Assembly: GCA_964016885.1 (NCBI GenBank)
Contig: OZ024758.1
Coordinates: forward strand, 36,332,001 to 36,396,000
Source: Eledone cirrhosa
Lineage: Eukaryota
Direction of reading: 5' to 3'
Length of the DNA stretch: 64,000 nucleotides
Numbering within the stretch: position 1 is the first letter of the stretch; each line of letters begins with the position of its first letter. The position numbers were made by a program, and so were the translations under genes. Positions 26,500 to 39,900 of this stretch are shown piece by piece. The notes beneath the pieces were generated by a model, which saw nothing but the letters and a program-made list of their open reading frames with translations, was not told the origin of the DNA and did not search any database.

Positions 26500-29400
26500 A
26501 CTGTTGGTGAGAATTCATTTAAGTTCATGGTATTAGCTGTCAGAAGTCACTCCAATGTTGGTGGCAATTCATTTAAGTCATGGTACTAGCTGTCAGAAGT
26601 AACTCCACTGTTGGTGAGAATTCATTTAAGTTCATTGTATTAGCTGTCAGAAGGAACGCCACTGTTGGTGAGAATTCATTTAAGTTCATGGTATTAGCTG
26701 TCAGAAGTAACTCCACTGTTGGTGAGAATTCATTTAAGTTCATGGTACTAGCTGTCAGAAGTAACTCCAATGTTGGTGAGAATTCATTTAAGTTCATGGT
26801 ATTAGCTGTCAGAAGTCACTCCAATGTTGGTGAGAATTCATTTAAGTTCATGGTATTAGCTGTCAGAAGTCACTCCACTGTTGGTAAGAATTCATTTAAG
26901 TTCATGGTATTAGCTGTCAGAAGTAACTCCACTGTTGGTGAGAATTCATTTAAGTTCATGGTATTAGCTGTCAGAAGGAACGCCACTGTTGGTGAGAATT
27001 CATTTAAGTTCATGGTATTAGCTGTCAGAAGTAACTCCACTGTTGGTGAGAATTCATTTAAGTTCATGGTACTAGCTGTCAGAAGTAACTCCACTGTTGG
27101 TGAGAATTCATTTAAGTTCATGGTATTAGCTGTCAGAAGTCACTCCAATGTTGGTGAGAATTCATTTAAGTTCATGGTATTAGCTGTCAGAAGTCACTCC
27201 ACTGTTGGTGAGAATTCATTTAAGTTCATGGTACTAGCTGTCAGAAGTAACCCCAATGTTGGTGAGAATTCATTTAAGTTCATGGTATTAGCTGTCAGAA
27301 GTCACTCCAATGTTGGTGAGAATTCATTTAAGTTCATGGTATTAGCTGTCAGAAGTAACTCCACTGTTGGTGAGAATTCATTTAAGTTCATGGTATTAGC
27401 TGTCAGAAGTAACTCCACTGTTGGTGAGAATTCATTTAAGTTCATGGTATTAGCTGTCAGAAGTCACTCCACTGTTGGTGAGAATTCATTTAAGTCATGG
27501 TATTAGCTGTCAGAAGTAACTCCAATGTTGGTGAGAATTCATTTAAGTTCATGGTATTAGCTGTCAGAAGTCACTCCACTGTTGGTGAGAATTCATTTAA
27601 GTTCATGGTACTAGCTGTCAGAAGTAACCCCAATGTTGGTGAGAATTCATTTAAGTTCATGGTATTAGCTGTCAGAAGTCACTCCAATGTTGGTGAGAAT
27701 TCATTTAAGTTCATGGTATTAGCTGTCAGAAGTAACTCCACTGTTGGTGAGAATTCATTTAAGTTCATGGTATTAGCTGTCAGAAGTAACTCCACTGTTG
27801 GTGAGAATTCATTTAAGTTCATGGTATTAGCTGTCAGAAGTAACTCCACTGTTGGTGAGAATTCATTTAAGTTCATGGTATTAGCTGTCAGAAGGAACTC
27901 CAATGTTGGTGAGAATTCATTTAAGTCATGGTACTAGCTGTCAGAAGTAACTCCACTGTTGGTGAGAATTCATTTAAGTTCATGGTATTAGCTGTCAGAA
28001 GGAACGCCACTGTTGGTGAGAATTCATTTAAATTCATGGTATTAGCTGTCAGAAGTAACTCCACTGTTGGTGAGAATTCATTTAAGTTCATTGTATTAGC
28101 TGTCAGAAGGAACGCCACTGTTGGTGAGAATTCATTTAAGTTCATGGTATTAGCTGTCAGAAGTAACTCCACTGTTGGTGAGAATTCATTTAAGTTCATG
28201 GTACTAGCTGTCAGAAGTAACTCCAATGTTGGTGAGAATTCATTTAAGTTCATGGTATTAGCTGTCAGAAGGAACTCCACTGTTGCTGAGAATTCATTTA
28301 AGTTCATGGTATTAGCTGTCAGAAGTAACTCCACTGTTGGTGAGAATTCATTTAAGTTCATGGTACTAGCTGTCAGAAGTCACTCCACTGTTGGTGAGAA
28401 TACATTTAAGTTCATGGTACTAGCTGTCAGAAGTAACCCCAATGTTGGTGAGAATTCATTTAAGTTCATGGTATTAGCTGTCAGAAGTAACTCCACTGTT
28501 GGTGAGAATTCATTTAAGTTCATGGTACTAGCTGTCAGAAGTAACTCCAATGTTGGTGAGAATTCATTTAAGTTCATGGTATTAGCTGTCAGAAGGAACT
28601 CCACTGTTGCTGAGAATTCATTTAAGTTCATGGTATTAGCTGTCAGAAGTAACTCCACTGTTGGTGAGAATTCATTTAAGTTCATGGTACTAGCTGTCAG
28701 AAGTCACTCCACTGTTGGTGAGAATACATTTAAGTTCATGGTACTAGCTGTCAGAAGTAACCCCAATGTTGGTGAGAATTCATTTAAGTTCATGGTATTA
28801 GCTGTCAGAAGTCACTCCAATGTTGGTGAGAATTCATTTAAGTTCATGGTATTAGCTGTCAGAAGTAACTCCACTGTTGGTAAGAATTCATTTAAGTTCA
28901 TGGTATTAGCTGTCAGAAGTAACTCCACTGTTGGTGAGAATTCATTTAAGTTCATGGTATTAGCTGTCAGAAGGAACGCCACTGTTGGTGAGAATTCATT
29001 TAAGTTCATGGTATTAGCTGTCAGAAGTAACTCCACTGTTGGTGAGAATTCATTTAAGTTCATGGTACTAGCTGTCAGAAGTAACTCCACTGTTGGTGAG
29101 AATTCATTTAAGTTCATGGTATTAGCTGTCAGAAGTCACTCCAATGTTGGTGAGAATTCATTTAAGTTCATGGTATTAGCTGTCAGAAGTCACTCCACTG
29201 TTGGTGAGAATTCATTTAAGTTCATGGTACTAGCTGTCAGAAGTAACCCCAATGTTGGTGAGAATTCATTTAAGTTCATGGTATTAGCTGTCAGAAGTCA
29301 CTCCAATGTTGGTGAGAATTCATTTAAGTTCATGGTATTAGCTGTCAGAAGTCACTCCAATGTTGGTGAGAATTCATTTAAGTTCATGGTATTAGCTGTC

Positions 29401-32400
29401 AGAAGTCACTCCACTGTTGGTGAGAATTCATTTAAGTTCATGGTACTAGCTGTCAGAAGTAACCCCAATGTTGGTGAGAATTCATTTAAGTTCATGGTAT
29501 TAGCTGTCAGAAGTCACTCCAATGTTGGTGAGAATTCATTTAAGTCATGGTACTAGCTGTCAGAAGTAACTCCACTGTTGGTGAGAATTCATTTAAGTTC
29601 ATGGTATTAGCTGTCAGAAGGAACGCCACTGTTGGTGAGAATTCATTTAAATTCATGGTATTAGCTGTCAGATGTAACTCCACTGTTGGTGAGAATTCAT
29701 TTAAGTTCATTGTATTAGCTGTCAGAAGTAACTCCACTGTTGGTGAGAATTCATTTAAGTTCATGGTATTAGCTGTCAGAAGGAACGCCACTGTTGGTGA
29801 GAATTCATTTAAATTCATGGTATTAGCTGTCAGAAGTAACTCCACTGTTGGTGAGAATTCATTTAAGTTCATGGTACTAGCTGTCAGAAGTAACTCCAAT
29901 GTTGGTGAGAATTCATTTAAGTTCATGGTATTAGCTGTCAGAAGGAATTCCACTGTTGCTGAGAATTCATTTAAGTTCATGGTATTAGCTGTCAGAAGTA
30001 ACTCCACTGTTGGTGAGAATTCATTTAAGTTCATGGTACTAGCTGTCAGAAGTAACTCCACTGTTGGTGAGAATTCATTTAAGTTCATGGTATTAGCTGT
30101 CAGAAGTCACTCCAATGTTGGTGAGAATTCATTTAAGTTCATGGTATTAGCTGTCAGAAGTCACTCCACTGTTGGTGAGAATTCATTTAAGTTCATGGTA
30201 CTAGATGTCAGAAGTAACCCCAATGTTGGTGAGAATTCATTTAAGTTCATGGTATTAGCTGTCAGAAGTCACTCCAATGTTGGTGAGAATTCATTTAAGT
30301 TCATGGTATTAGCTGTCAGAAGTAACTCCACTGTTGGTGAGAATTCATTTAAGTTCATGGTATTAGTTTGTCAGAAGTAACTCCACTGTTGGTGAGAATT
30401 CATTGAAGTCATGGTATTAGTTGTCAGAAGTAACTCCACTGTTGGTGAGAATTCATTTAAGTTCATGGTATTAGCTGTCAGAAGGAACTCCACTGTTGGT
30501 GAGAATTCATTTAAGTTCATGGTATTAGCTGTCAGAAGTCACTCCACTGTTGGTGAGAATTCATTTAAGTTCATGGTACTAGCTGTCAGAAGTAACTCCA
30601 CTGTTGGTGAGAATTCATTTAAGTTCATGGTATTAGCTGTCAGAAGTCACTCCAATGTTGGTGGCAATTCATTTAAGTCATGGTACTAGCTGTCAGAAGT
30701 AACTCCACTGTTGGTGAGAATTCATTTAAGTTCATTGTATTAGCTGTCAGAAGGAACGCCACTGTTGGTGAGAATTCATTTAAGTTCATGGTATTAGCTG
30801 TCAGAAGTAACTCCACTGTTGGTGAGAATTCATTTAAGTTCATGGTACTAGCTGTCAGAAGTAACTCCAATGTTGGTGAGAATTCATTTAAGTTCATGGT
30901 ATTAGCTGTCAGAAGTCACTCCAATGTTGGTGAGAATTCATTTAAGTTCATGGTATTAGCTGTCAGAAGTCACTCCACTGTTGGTAAGAATTCATTTAAG
31001 TTCATGGTATTAGCTGTCAGAAGTAACTCCACTGTTGGTGAGAATTCATTTAAGTTCATGGTATTAGCTGTCAGAAGTAACTCCACTGTTGGTGAGAATT
31101 CATTTAAGTTCATGGTATTAGCTGTCAGAAGGAACGCCACTGTTGGTGAGAATTCATTTAAGTTCATGATATTAGCTGTCAGAAGTAACTCCACTGTTGG
31201 TGAGAATTCATTTAAGTTCATGGTACTAGCTGTCAGAAGTAACTCCACTGTTGGTGAGAATTCATTTAAGTTCATGGTATTAGCTGTCAGAAGTCACTCC
31301 AATGTTGGTGAGAATTCATTTAAGTTCATGGTATTAGCTGTCAGAAGTCACTCCACTGTTGGTGAGAATTCATTTAAGTTCATGGTACTAGCTGTCAGAA
31401 GTAACCCCAATGTTGGTGAGAATTCATTTAAGTTCATGGTATTAGCTGTCAGAAGTCACTCCAATGTTGGTGAGAATTCATTTAAGTTCATGGTATTAGC
31501 TGTCAGAAGTAACTCCACTGTTGGTGAGAATTCATTTAAGTTCATGGTATTAGCTGTCAGAAGTAACTCCACTGTTGGTGAGAATTCATTTAAGTTCATG
31601 GTATTAGCTGTCAGAAGTCACTCCACTGTTGGTGAGAATTCATTTAAGTCATGGTATTAGCTGTCAGAAGTAACTCCAATGTTGGTGAGAATTCATTTAA
31701 GTTCATGGTATTAGCTGTCAGAAGTCACTCCACTGTTGGTGAGAATTCATTTAAGTTCATGGTACTAGCTGTCAGAAGTAACCCCAATGTTGGTGAGAAT
31801 TCATTTAAGTTCATGGTATTAGCTGTCAGAAGTCACTCCAATGTTGGTGAGAATTCATTTAAGTTCATGGTATTAGCTGTCAGAAGTAACTCCACTGTTG
31901 GTGAGAATTCATTTAAGTTCATGGTATTAGCTGTCAGAAGTAACTCCACTGTTGGTGAGAATTCATTTAAGTTCATGGTATTAGCTGTCAGAAGTAACTC
32001 CACTGTTGGTGAGAATTCATTTAAGTTCATGGTATTAGCTGTCAGAAGGAACTCCAATGTTGGTGAGAATTCATTTAAGTCATGGTACTAGCTGTCAGAA
32101 GTAACTCCACTGTTGGTGAGAATTCATTTAAGTTCATGGTATTAGCTGTCAGAAGGAACGCCACTGTTGGTGAGAATTCATTTAAATTCATGGTATTAGC
32201 TGTCAGAAGTAACTCCACTGTTGGTGAGAATTCATTTAAGTTCATTGTATTAGCTGTCAGAAGGAACGCCACTGTTGGTGAGAATTCATTTAAGTTCATG
32301 GTATTAGCTGTCAGAAGTAACTCCACTGTTGGTGAGAATTCATTTAAGTTCATGGTACTAGCTGTCAGAAGTAACTCCAATGTTGGTGAGAATTCATTTA

Positions 32401-35400
32401 AGTTCATGGTATTAGCTGTCAGAAGGAACTCCACTGTTGCTGAGAATTCATTTAAGTTCATGGTATTAGCTGTCAGAAGTAACTCCACTGTTGGTGAGAA
32501 TTCATTTAAGTTCATGGTACTAGCTGTCAGAAGTCACTCCACTGTTGGTGAGAATACATTTAAGTTCATGGTATTAGCTGTCAGAAGGAACGCCACTGTT
32601 GGTGAGAATTCATTTAAATTCATGGTATTAGCTGTCAGATGTAACTCCACTGTTGGTGAGAATTCATTTAAGTTCATTGTATTAGCTGTCAGAAGTAACT
32701 CCACTGTTGGTGAGAATTCATTTAAGTTCATGGTATTAGCTGTCAGAAGGAACGCCACTGTTGGTGAGAATTCATTTAAATTCATGGTATTAGCTGTCAG
32801 AAGTAACTCCACTGTTGGTGAGAATTCATTTAAGTTCATGGTACTAGCTGTCAGAAGTAACTCCAATGTTGGTGAGAATTCATTTAAGTTCATGGTATTA
32901 GCTGTCAGAAGGAATTCCACTGTTGCTGAGAATTCATTTAAGTTCATGGTATTAGCTGTCAGAAGTAACTCCACTGTTGGTGAGAATTCATTTAAGTTCA
33001 TGGTACTAGCTGTCAGAAGTAACTCCACTGTTGGTGAGAATTCATTTAAGTTCATGGTATTAGCTGTCAGAAGTCACTCCAATGTTGGTGAGAATTCATT
33101 TAAGTTCATGGTATTAGCTGTCAGAAGTCACTCCACTGTTGGTGAGAATTCATTTAAGTTCATGGTACTAGATGTCAGAAGTAACCCCAATGTTGGTGAG
33201 AATTCATTTAAGTTCATGGTATTAGCTGTCAGAAGTCACTCCAATGTTGGTGAGAATTCATTTAAGTTCATGGTATTAGCTGTCAGAAGTAACTCCACTG
33301 TTGGTGAGAATTCATTTAAGTTCATGGTATTAGTTTGTCAGAAGTAACTCCACTGTTGGTGAGAATTCATTGAAGTCATGGTATTAGTTGTCAGAAGTAA
33401 CTCCACTGTTGGTGAGAATTCATTTAAGTTCATGGTATTAGCTGTCAGAAGGAACTCCACTGTTGGTGAGAATTCATTTAAGTTCATGGTATTAGCTGTC
33501 AGAAGTCACTCCACTGTTGGTGAGAATTCATTTAAGTTCATGGTACTAGCTGTCAGAAGTAACTCCACTGTTGGTGAGAATTCATTTAAGTTCATGGTAT
33601 TAGCTGTCAGAAGTCACTCCAATGTTGGTGGCAATTCATTTAAGTCATGGTACTAGCTGTCAGAAGTAACTCCACTGTTGGTGAGAATTCATTTAAGTTC
33701 ATTGTATTAGCTGTCAGAAGGAACGCCACTGTTGGTGAGAATTCATTTAAGTTCATGGTATTAGCTGTCAGAAGTAACTCCACTGTTGGTGAGAATTCAT
33801 TTAAGTTCATGGTACTAGCTGTCAGAAGTAACTCCAATGTTGGTGAGAATTCATTTAAGTTCATGGTATTAGCTGTCAGAAGTCACTCCAATGTTGGTGA
33901 GAATTCATTTAAGTTCATGGTATTAGCTGTCAGAAGTCACTCCACTGTTGGTAAGAATTCATTTAAGTTCATGGTATTAGCTGTCAGAAGTAACTCCACT
34001 GTTGGTGAGAATTCATTTAAGTTCATGGTATTAGCTGTCAGAAGTAACTCCACTGTTGGTGAGAATTCATTTAAGTTCATGGTATTAGCTGTCAGAAGGA
34101 ACGCCACTGTTGGTGAGAATTCATTTAAGTTCATGATATTAGCTGTCAGAAGTAACTCCACTGTTGGTGAGAATTCATTTAAGTTCATGGTACTAGCTGT
34201 CAGAAGTAACTCCACTGTTGGTGAGAATTCATTTAAGTTCATGGTATTAGCTGTCAGAAGTCACTCCAATGTTGGTGAGAATTCATTTAAGTTCATGGTA
34301 TTAGCTGTCAGAAGTCACTCCACTGTTGGTGAGAATTCATTTAAGTTCATGGTACTAGCTGTCAGAAGTAACCCCAATGTTGGTGAGAATTCATTTAAGT
34401 TCATGGTATTAGCTGTCAGAAGTCACTCCAATGTTGGTGAGAATTCATTTAAGTTCATGGTATTAGCTGTCAGAAGTAACTCCACTGTTGGTGAGAATTC
34501 ATTTAAGTTCATGGTATTAGCTGTCAGAAGTAACTCCACTGTTGGTGAGAATTCATTTAAGTTCATGGTATTAGCTGTCAGAAGTCACTCCACTGTTGGT
34601 GAGAATTCATTTAAGTCATGGTATTAGCTGTCAGAAGTAACTCCAATGTTGGTGAGAATTCATTTAAGTTCATGGTATTAGCTGTCAGAAGTCACTCCAC
34701 TGTTGGTGAGAATTCATTTAAGTTCATGGTACTAGCTGTCAGAAGTAACCCCAATGTTGGTGAGAATTCATTTAAGTTCATGGTATTAGCTGTCAGAAGT
34801 CACTCCAATGTTGGTGAGAATTCATTTAAGTTCATGGTATTAGCTGTCAGAAGTAACTCCACTGTTGGTGAGAATTCATTTAAGTTCATGGTATTAGCTG
34901 TCAGAAGTAACTCCACTGTTGGTGAGAATTCATTTAAGTTCATGGTATTAGCTGTCAGAAGTAACTCCACTGTTGGTGAGAATTCATTTAAGTTCATGGT
35001 ATTAGCTGTCAGAAGGAACTCCAATGTTGGTGAGAATTCATTTAAGTCATGGTACTAGCTGTCAGAAGTAACTCCACTGTTGGTGAGAATTCATTTAAGT
35101 TCATGGTATTAGCTGTCAGAAGGAACGCCACTGTTGGTGAGAATTCATTTAAATTCATGGTATTAGCTGTCAGAAGTAACTCCACTGTTGGTGAGAATTC
35201 ATTTAAGTTCATTGTATTAGCTGTCAGAAGGAACGCCACTGTTGGTGAGAATTCATTTAAGTTCATGGTATTAGCTGTCAGAAGTAACTCCACTGTTGGT
35301 GAGAATTCATTTAAGTTCATGGTACTAGCTGTCAGAAGTAACTCCAATGTTGGTGAGAATTCATTTAAGTTCATGGTATTAGCTGTCAGAAGGAACTCCA

Positions 35401-37700
35401 CTGTTGCTGAGAATTCATTTAAGTTCATGGTATTAGCTGTCAGAAGTAACTCCACTGTTGGTGAGAATTCATTTAAGTTCATGGTACTAGCTGTCAGAAG
35501 TCACTCCACTGTTGGTGAGAATACATTTAAGTTCATGGTACTAGCTGTCAGAAGTAACCCCAATGTTGGTGAGAATTCATTTAAGTTCATGGTATTAGCT
35601 GTCAGAAGTAACTCCACTGTTGGTGAGAATTCATTTAAGTTCATGGTACTAGCTGTCAGAAGTAACTCCAATGTTGGTGAGAATTCATTTAAGTTCATGG
35701 TATTAGCTGTCAGAAGGAACTCCACTGTTGCTGAGAATTCATTTAAGTTCATGGTATTAGCTGTCAGAAGTAACTCCACTGTTGGTGAGAATTCATTTAA
35801 GTTCATGGTACTAGCTGTCAGAAGTCACTCCACTGTTGGTGAGAATACATTTAAGTTCATGGTACTAGCTGTCAGAAGTAACCCCAATGTTGGTGAGAAT
35901 TCATTTAAGTTCATGGTATTAGCTGTCAGAAGTCACTCCAATGTTGGTGAGAATTCATTTAAGTTCATGGTATTAGCTGTCAGAAGTAACTCCACTGTTG
36001 GTAAGAATTCATTTAAGTTCATGGTATTAGCTGTCAGAAGTAACTCCACTGTTGGTGAGAATTCATTTAAGTTCATGGTATTAGCTGTCAGAAGGAACGC
36101 CACTGTTGGTGAGAATTCATTTAAGTTCATGGTATTAGCTGTCAGAAGTAACTCCACTGTTGGTGAGAATTCATTTAAGTTCATGGTACTAGCTGTCAGA
36201 AGTAACTCCACTGTTGGTGAGAATTCATTTAAGTTCATGGTATTAGCTGTCAGAAGTCACTCCAATGTTGGTGAGAATTCATTTAAGTTCATGGTATTAG
36301 CTGTCAGAAGTCACTCCACTGTTGGTGAGAATTCATTTAAGTTCATGGTACTAGCTGTCAGAAGTAACCCCAATGTTGGTGAGAATTCATTTAAGTTCAT
36401 GGTATTAGCTGTCAGAAGTCACTCCAATGTTGGTGAGAATTCATTTAAGTTCATGGTATTAGCTGTCAGAAGTCACTCCAATGTTGGTGAGAATTCATTT
36501 AAGTTCATGGTATTAGCTGTCAGAAGTCACTCCACTGTTGGTGAGAATTCATTTAAGTTCATGGTACTAGCTGTCAGAAGTAACCCCAATGTTGGTGAGA
36601 ATTCATTTAAGTTCATGGTATTAGCTGTCAGAAGTCACTCCAATGTTGGTGAGAATTCATTTAAGTCATGGTACTAGCTGTCAGAAGTAACTCCACTGTT
36701 GGTGAGAATTCATTTAAGTTCATGGTATTAGCTGTCAGAAGGAACGCCACTGTTGGTGAGAATTCATTTAAATTCATGGTATTAGCTGTCAGATGTAACT
36801 CCACTGTTGGTGAGAATTCATTTAAGTTCATTGTATTAGCTGTCAGAAGTAACTCCACTGTTGGTGAGAATTCATTTAAGTTCATGGTATTAGCTGTCAG
36901 AAGGAACGCCACTGTTGGTGAGAATTCATTTAAATTCATGGTATTAGCTGTCAGAAGTAACTCCACTGTTGGTGAGAATTCATTTAAGTTCATGGTACTA
37001 GCTGTCAGAAGTAACTCCAATGTTGGTGAGAATTCATTTAAGTTCATGGTATTAGCTGTCAGAAGGAATTCCACTGTTGCTGAGAATTCATTTAAGTTCA
37101 TGGTATTAGCTGTCAGAAGTAACTCCACTGTTGGTGAGAATTCATTTAAGTTCATGGTACTAGCTGTCAGAAGTAACTCCACTGTTGGTGAGAATTCATT
37201 TAAGTTCATGGTATTAGCTGTCAGAAGTCACTCCAATGTTGGTGAGAATTCATTTAAGTTCATGGTATTAGCTGTCAGAAGTCACTCCACTGTTGGTGAG
37301 AATTCATTTAAGTTCATGGTACTAGATGTCAGAAGTAACCCCAATGTTGGTGAGAATTCATTTAAGTTCATGGTATTAGCTGTCAGAAGTCACTCCAATG
37401 TTGGTGAGAATTCATTTAAGTTCATGGTATTAGCTGTCAGAAGTAACTCCACTGTTGGTGAGAATTCATTTAAGTTCATGGTATTAGTTTGTCAGAAGTA
37501 ACTCCACTGTTGGTGAGAATTCATTGAAGTCATGGTATTAGTTGTCAGAACTAACTCCACTGTTGGTGAGAATTCATTTAAGTTCATGGTATTAGCTGTC
37601 AGAAGGAACTCCACTGTTGGTGAGAATTCATTTAAGTTCATGGTATTAGCTGTCAGAAGTCACTCCACTGTTGGTGAGAATTCATTTAAGTTCATGGTAC
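26500..37700. repeat. Triplicated higher-order block, long-short-long (periods about 4.1 kb, 2967 bp, 4154 bp)
   Basis: Markers: ggtgGCaat 26564/30664/33631, ctagAt 30205/33172/37326, cattGaag 30405/33372/37526, atgAta 31169/34136. Identical 542-aa frames at 27928 and 35049 are offset by 7121 = 4154+2967. Confidence 0.9.
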
Positions 37701-39900
37701 TAGCTGTCAGAAGTAACCCCAATGTTGGTGAGAATTCATTTAAGTTCATGGTATTAGCTGTCAGAAGTCACTCCAATGTTGGTGAGAATTCATTTAAGTT
37801 CATGGTATTAGCTGTCAGAAGTAACTCCACTGTTGGTGAGAATTCATTTAAGTTCATGGTATTAGCTGTCAGAAGTAACTCCACTGTTGGTGAGAATTCA
37901 TTTAAGTTCATGGTATTAGCTGTCAGAAGTAACTCCACTGTTGGTGAGAATTCATTTAAGTCATGGTATTAGCTGTCAGAAGTAACTCCAATGTTGGTGA
38001 GAATTCATTTAAGTTCATGGTATTAGCTGTCAGAAGTCACTCCACTGTTGGTGAGAATTCATTTAAGTTCATGGTACTAGCTGTCAGAAGTAACCCCAAT
38101 GTTGGTGAGAATTCATTTAAGTTCATGGTATTAGCTGTCAGAAGTCACTCCAATGTTGGTGAGAATTCATTTAAGTTCATGGTATTAGCAGTCAGAAGTA
38201 ACTCCACTGTTGGTGAGAATTCATTTAAGTTCATGGTATTAGCTGTCAGAAGTAACTCCACTGTTGGTGAGAATTCATTTAAGTTCATGGTATTAGCTGT
38301 CAGAAGTAACTCCACTGTTGGTGAGAATTCATTTAAGTCATGGTATTAGCTGTCAGAAGTAACTCCAATGTTGGTGAGAATTCATTTAAGTTCATGGTAT
38401 TAGCTGTCAGAAGTCACTCCACTGTTGGTGAGAATTCATTTAAGTGCATGGTACTAGCTGTCAGAAGTAACCCCAATGTTGGTGAGAATTCATTTAAGTT
38501 CATGGTATTAGCTGTCAGAAGTCACTCCAATGTTGGTGAGAATTCATTTAAGTTCATGGTATTAGCTGTCAGAAGTAACTCCACTGTTGGTGAGAATTCA
38601 TTTAAGTTCATGGTATTAGCTGTCAGAAGTAACTCCACTGTTGGTGAGAATTCATTTAAGTTCATGGTATTAGCTGTCAGAAGTAACTCCACTGTTGGTG
38701 AGAATTCATTTAAGTTCATGGTATTAGCTGTCAGAAGGAACTCCAATGTTGGTGAGAATTCATTTAAGTCATGGTACTAGCTGTCAGAAGTAACTCCACT
38801 GTTGGTGAGAATTCATTTAAGTTCATGGTATTAGCTGTCAGAAGGAACGCCACTGTTGGTGAGAATTCATTTAAATTCATGGTATTAGCTGTCAGAAGTA
38901 ACTCCACTGTTGGTGAGAATTCATTTAAGTTCATGGTACTAGCTGTCAGAAGTAACTCCAATGTTGGTGAGAATTCATTTAAGTTCATGGTATTAGCTGT
39001 CAGAAGTAACTCCACTGTTGGTGAGAATTCATTTAAGTTCATGGTATTAGCTGTCAGAAGTCACTCCAATGTTGGTGAGAATTCATTTAAGTCATGGTAC
39101 TAGCTGTCAGAAGTAACTCCACTGTTGGTGAGAATTCATTTAAGTTCATTGTATTAGCTGTCAGAAGGAACGCCACTGTTGGTGAGAATTCATTTAAGTT
39201 CATGGTATTAGCTGTCAGAAGTAACTCCACTGTTGGTGAGAATTCATTTAAGTTCATGGTACTAGCTGTCAGAAGTAACTCCAATGTTGGTGAGAATTCA
39301 TTTAAGTTCATGGTATTAGCTGTCAGAAGTAACTCCACTGTTGGTAAGAATTCATTTAAGTTCATGGTATTAGCTGTCAGAAGTAACTCCACTGTTGGTG
39401 AGAATTCATTTAAGTTCATGGTATTAGCTGTCAGAAGTAACTCCACTGTTGGTGAGAATTCGTTTAAGTTCATGGTACTAGCTGTCAGAAGTAACTCCAC
39501 TGTTGGTGAGAATTCATTTAAGTTCATGGTATTAGCTGTCAGAAGTCACTCCAATGTTGGTGAGAATTCATTTAAGTTCATGGTATTAGCTGTCAGAAGT
39601 CACTCCACTGTTGGTGAGAATTCATTTAAGTTCATGGTACTAGCTGTCAGAAGTAACCCCAATGTTGGTGAGAATTCATTTAAGTTCATGGTATTAGCTG
39701 TCAGAAGTCACTCCAATGTTGGTGAGAATTCATTTAAGTTCATGGTATTAGCTGTCAGAAGTAACTCCACTGTTGGTGAGAATTCATTTAAGTTCATGGT
39801 ATTAGCTGTCAGTAGTAACTCCACTGTTGGTGAGAATTCATTTAAGTTCATGGTATTAGCTGTCAGAAGTAACTCCACTGTTGGTGAGAATTCATTTAAG

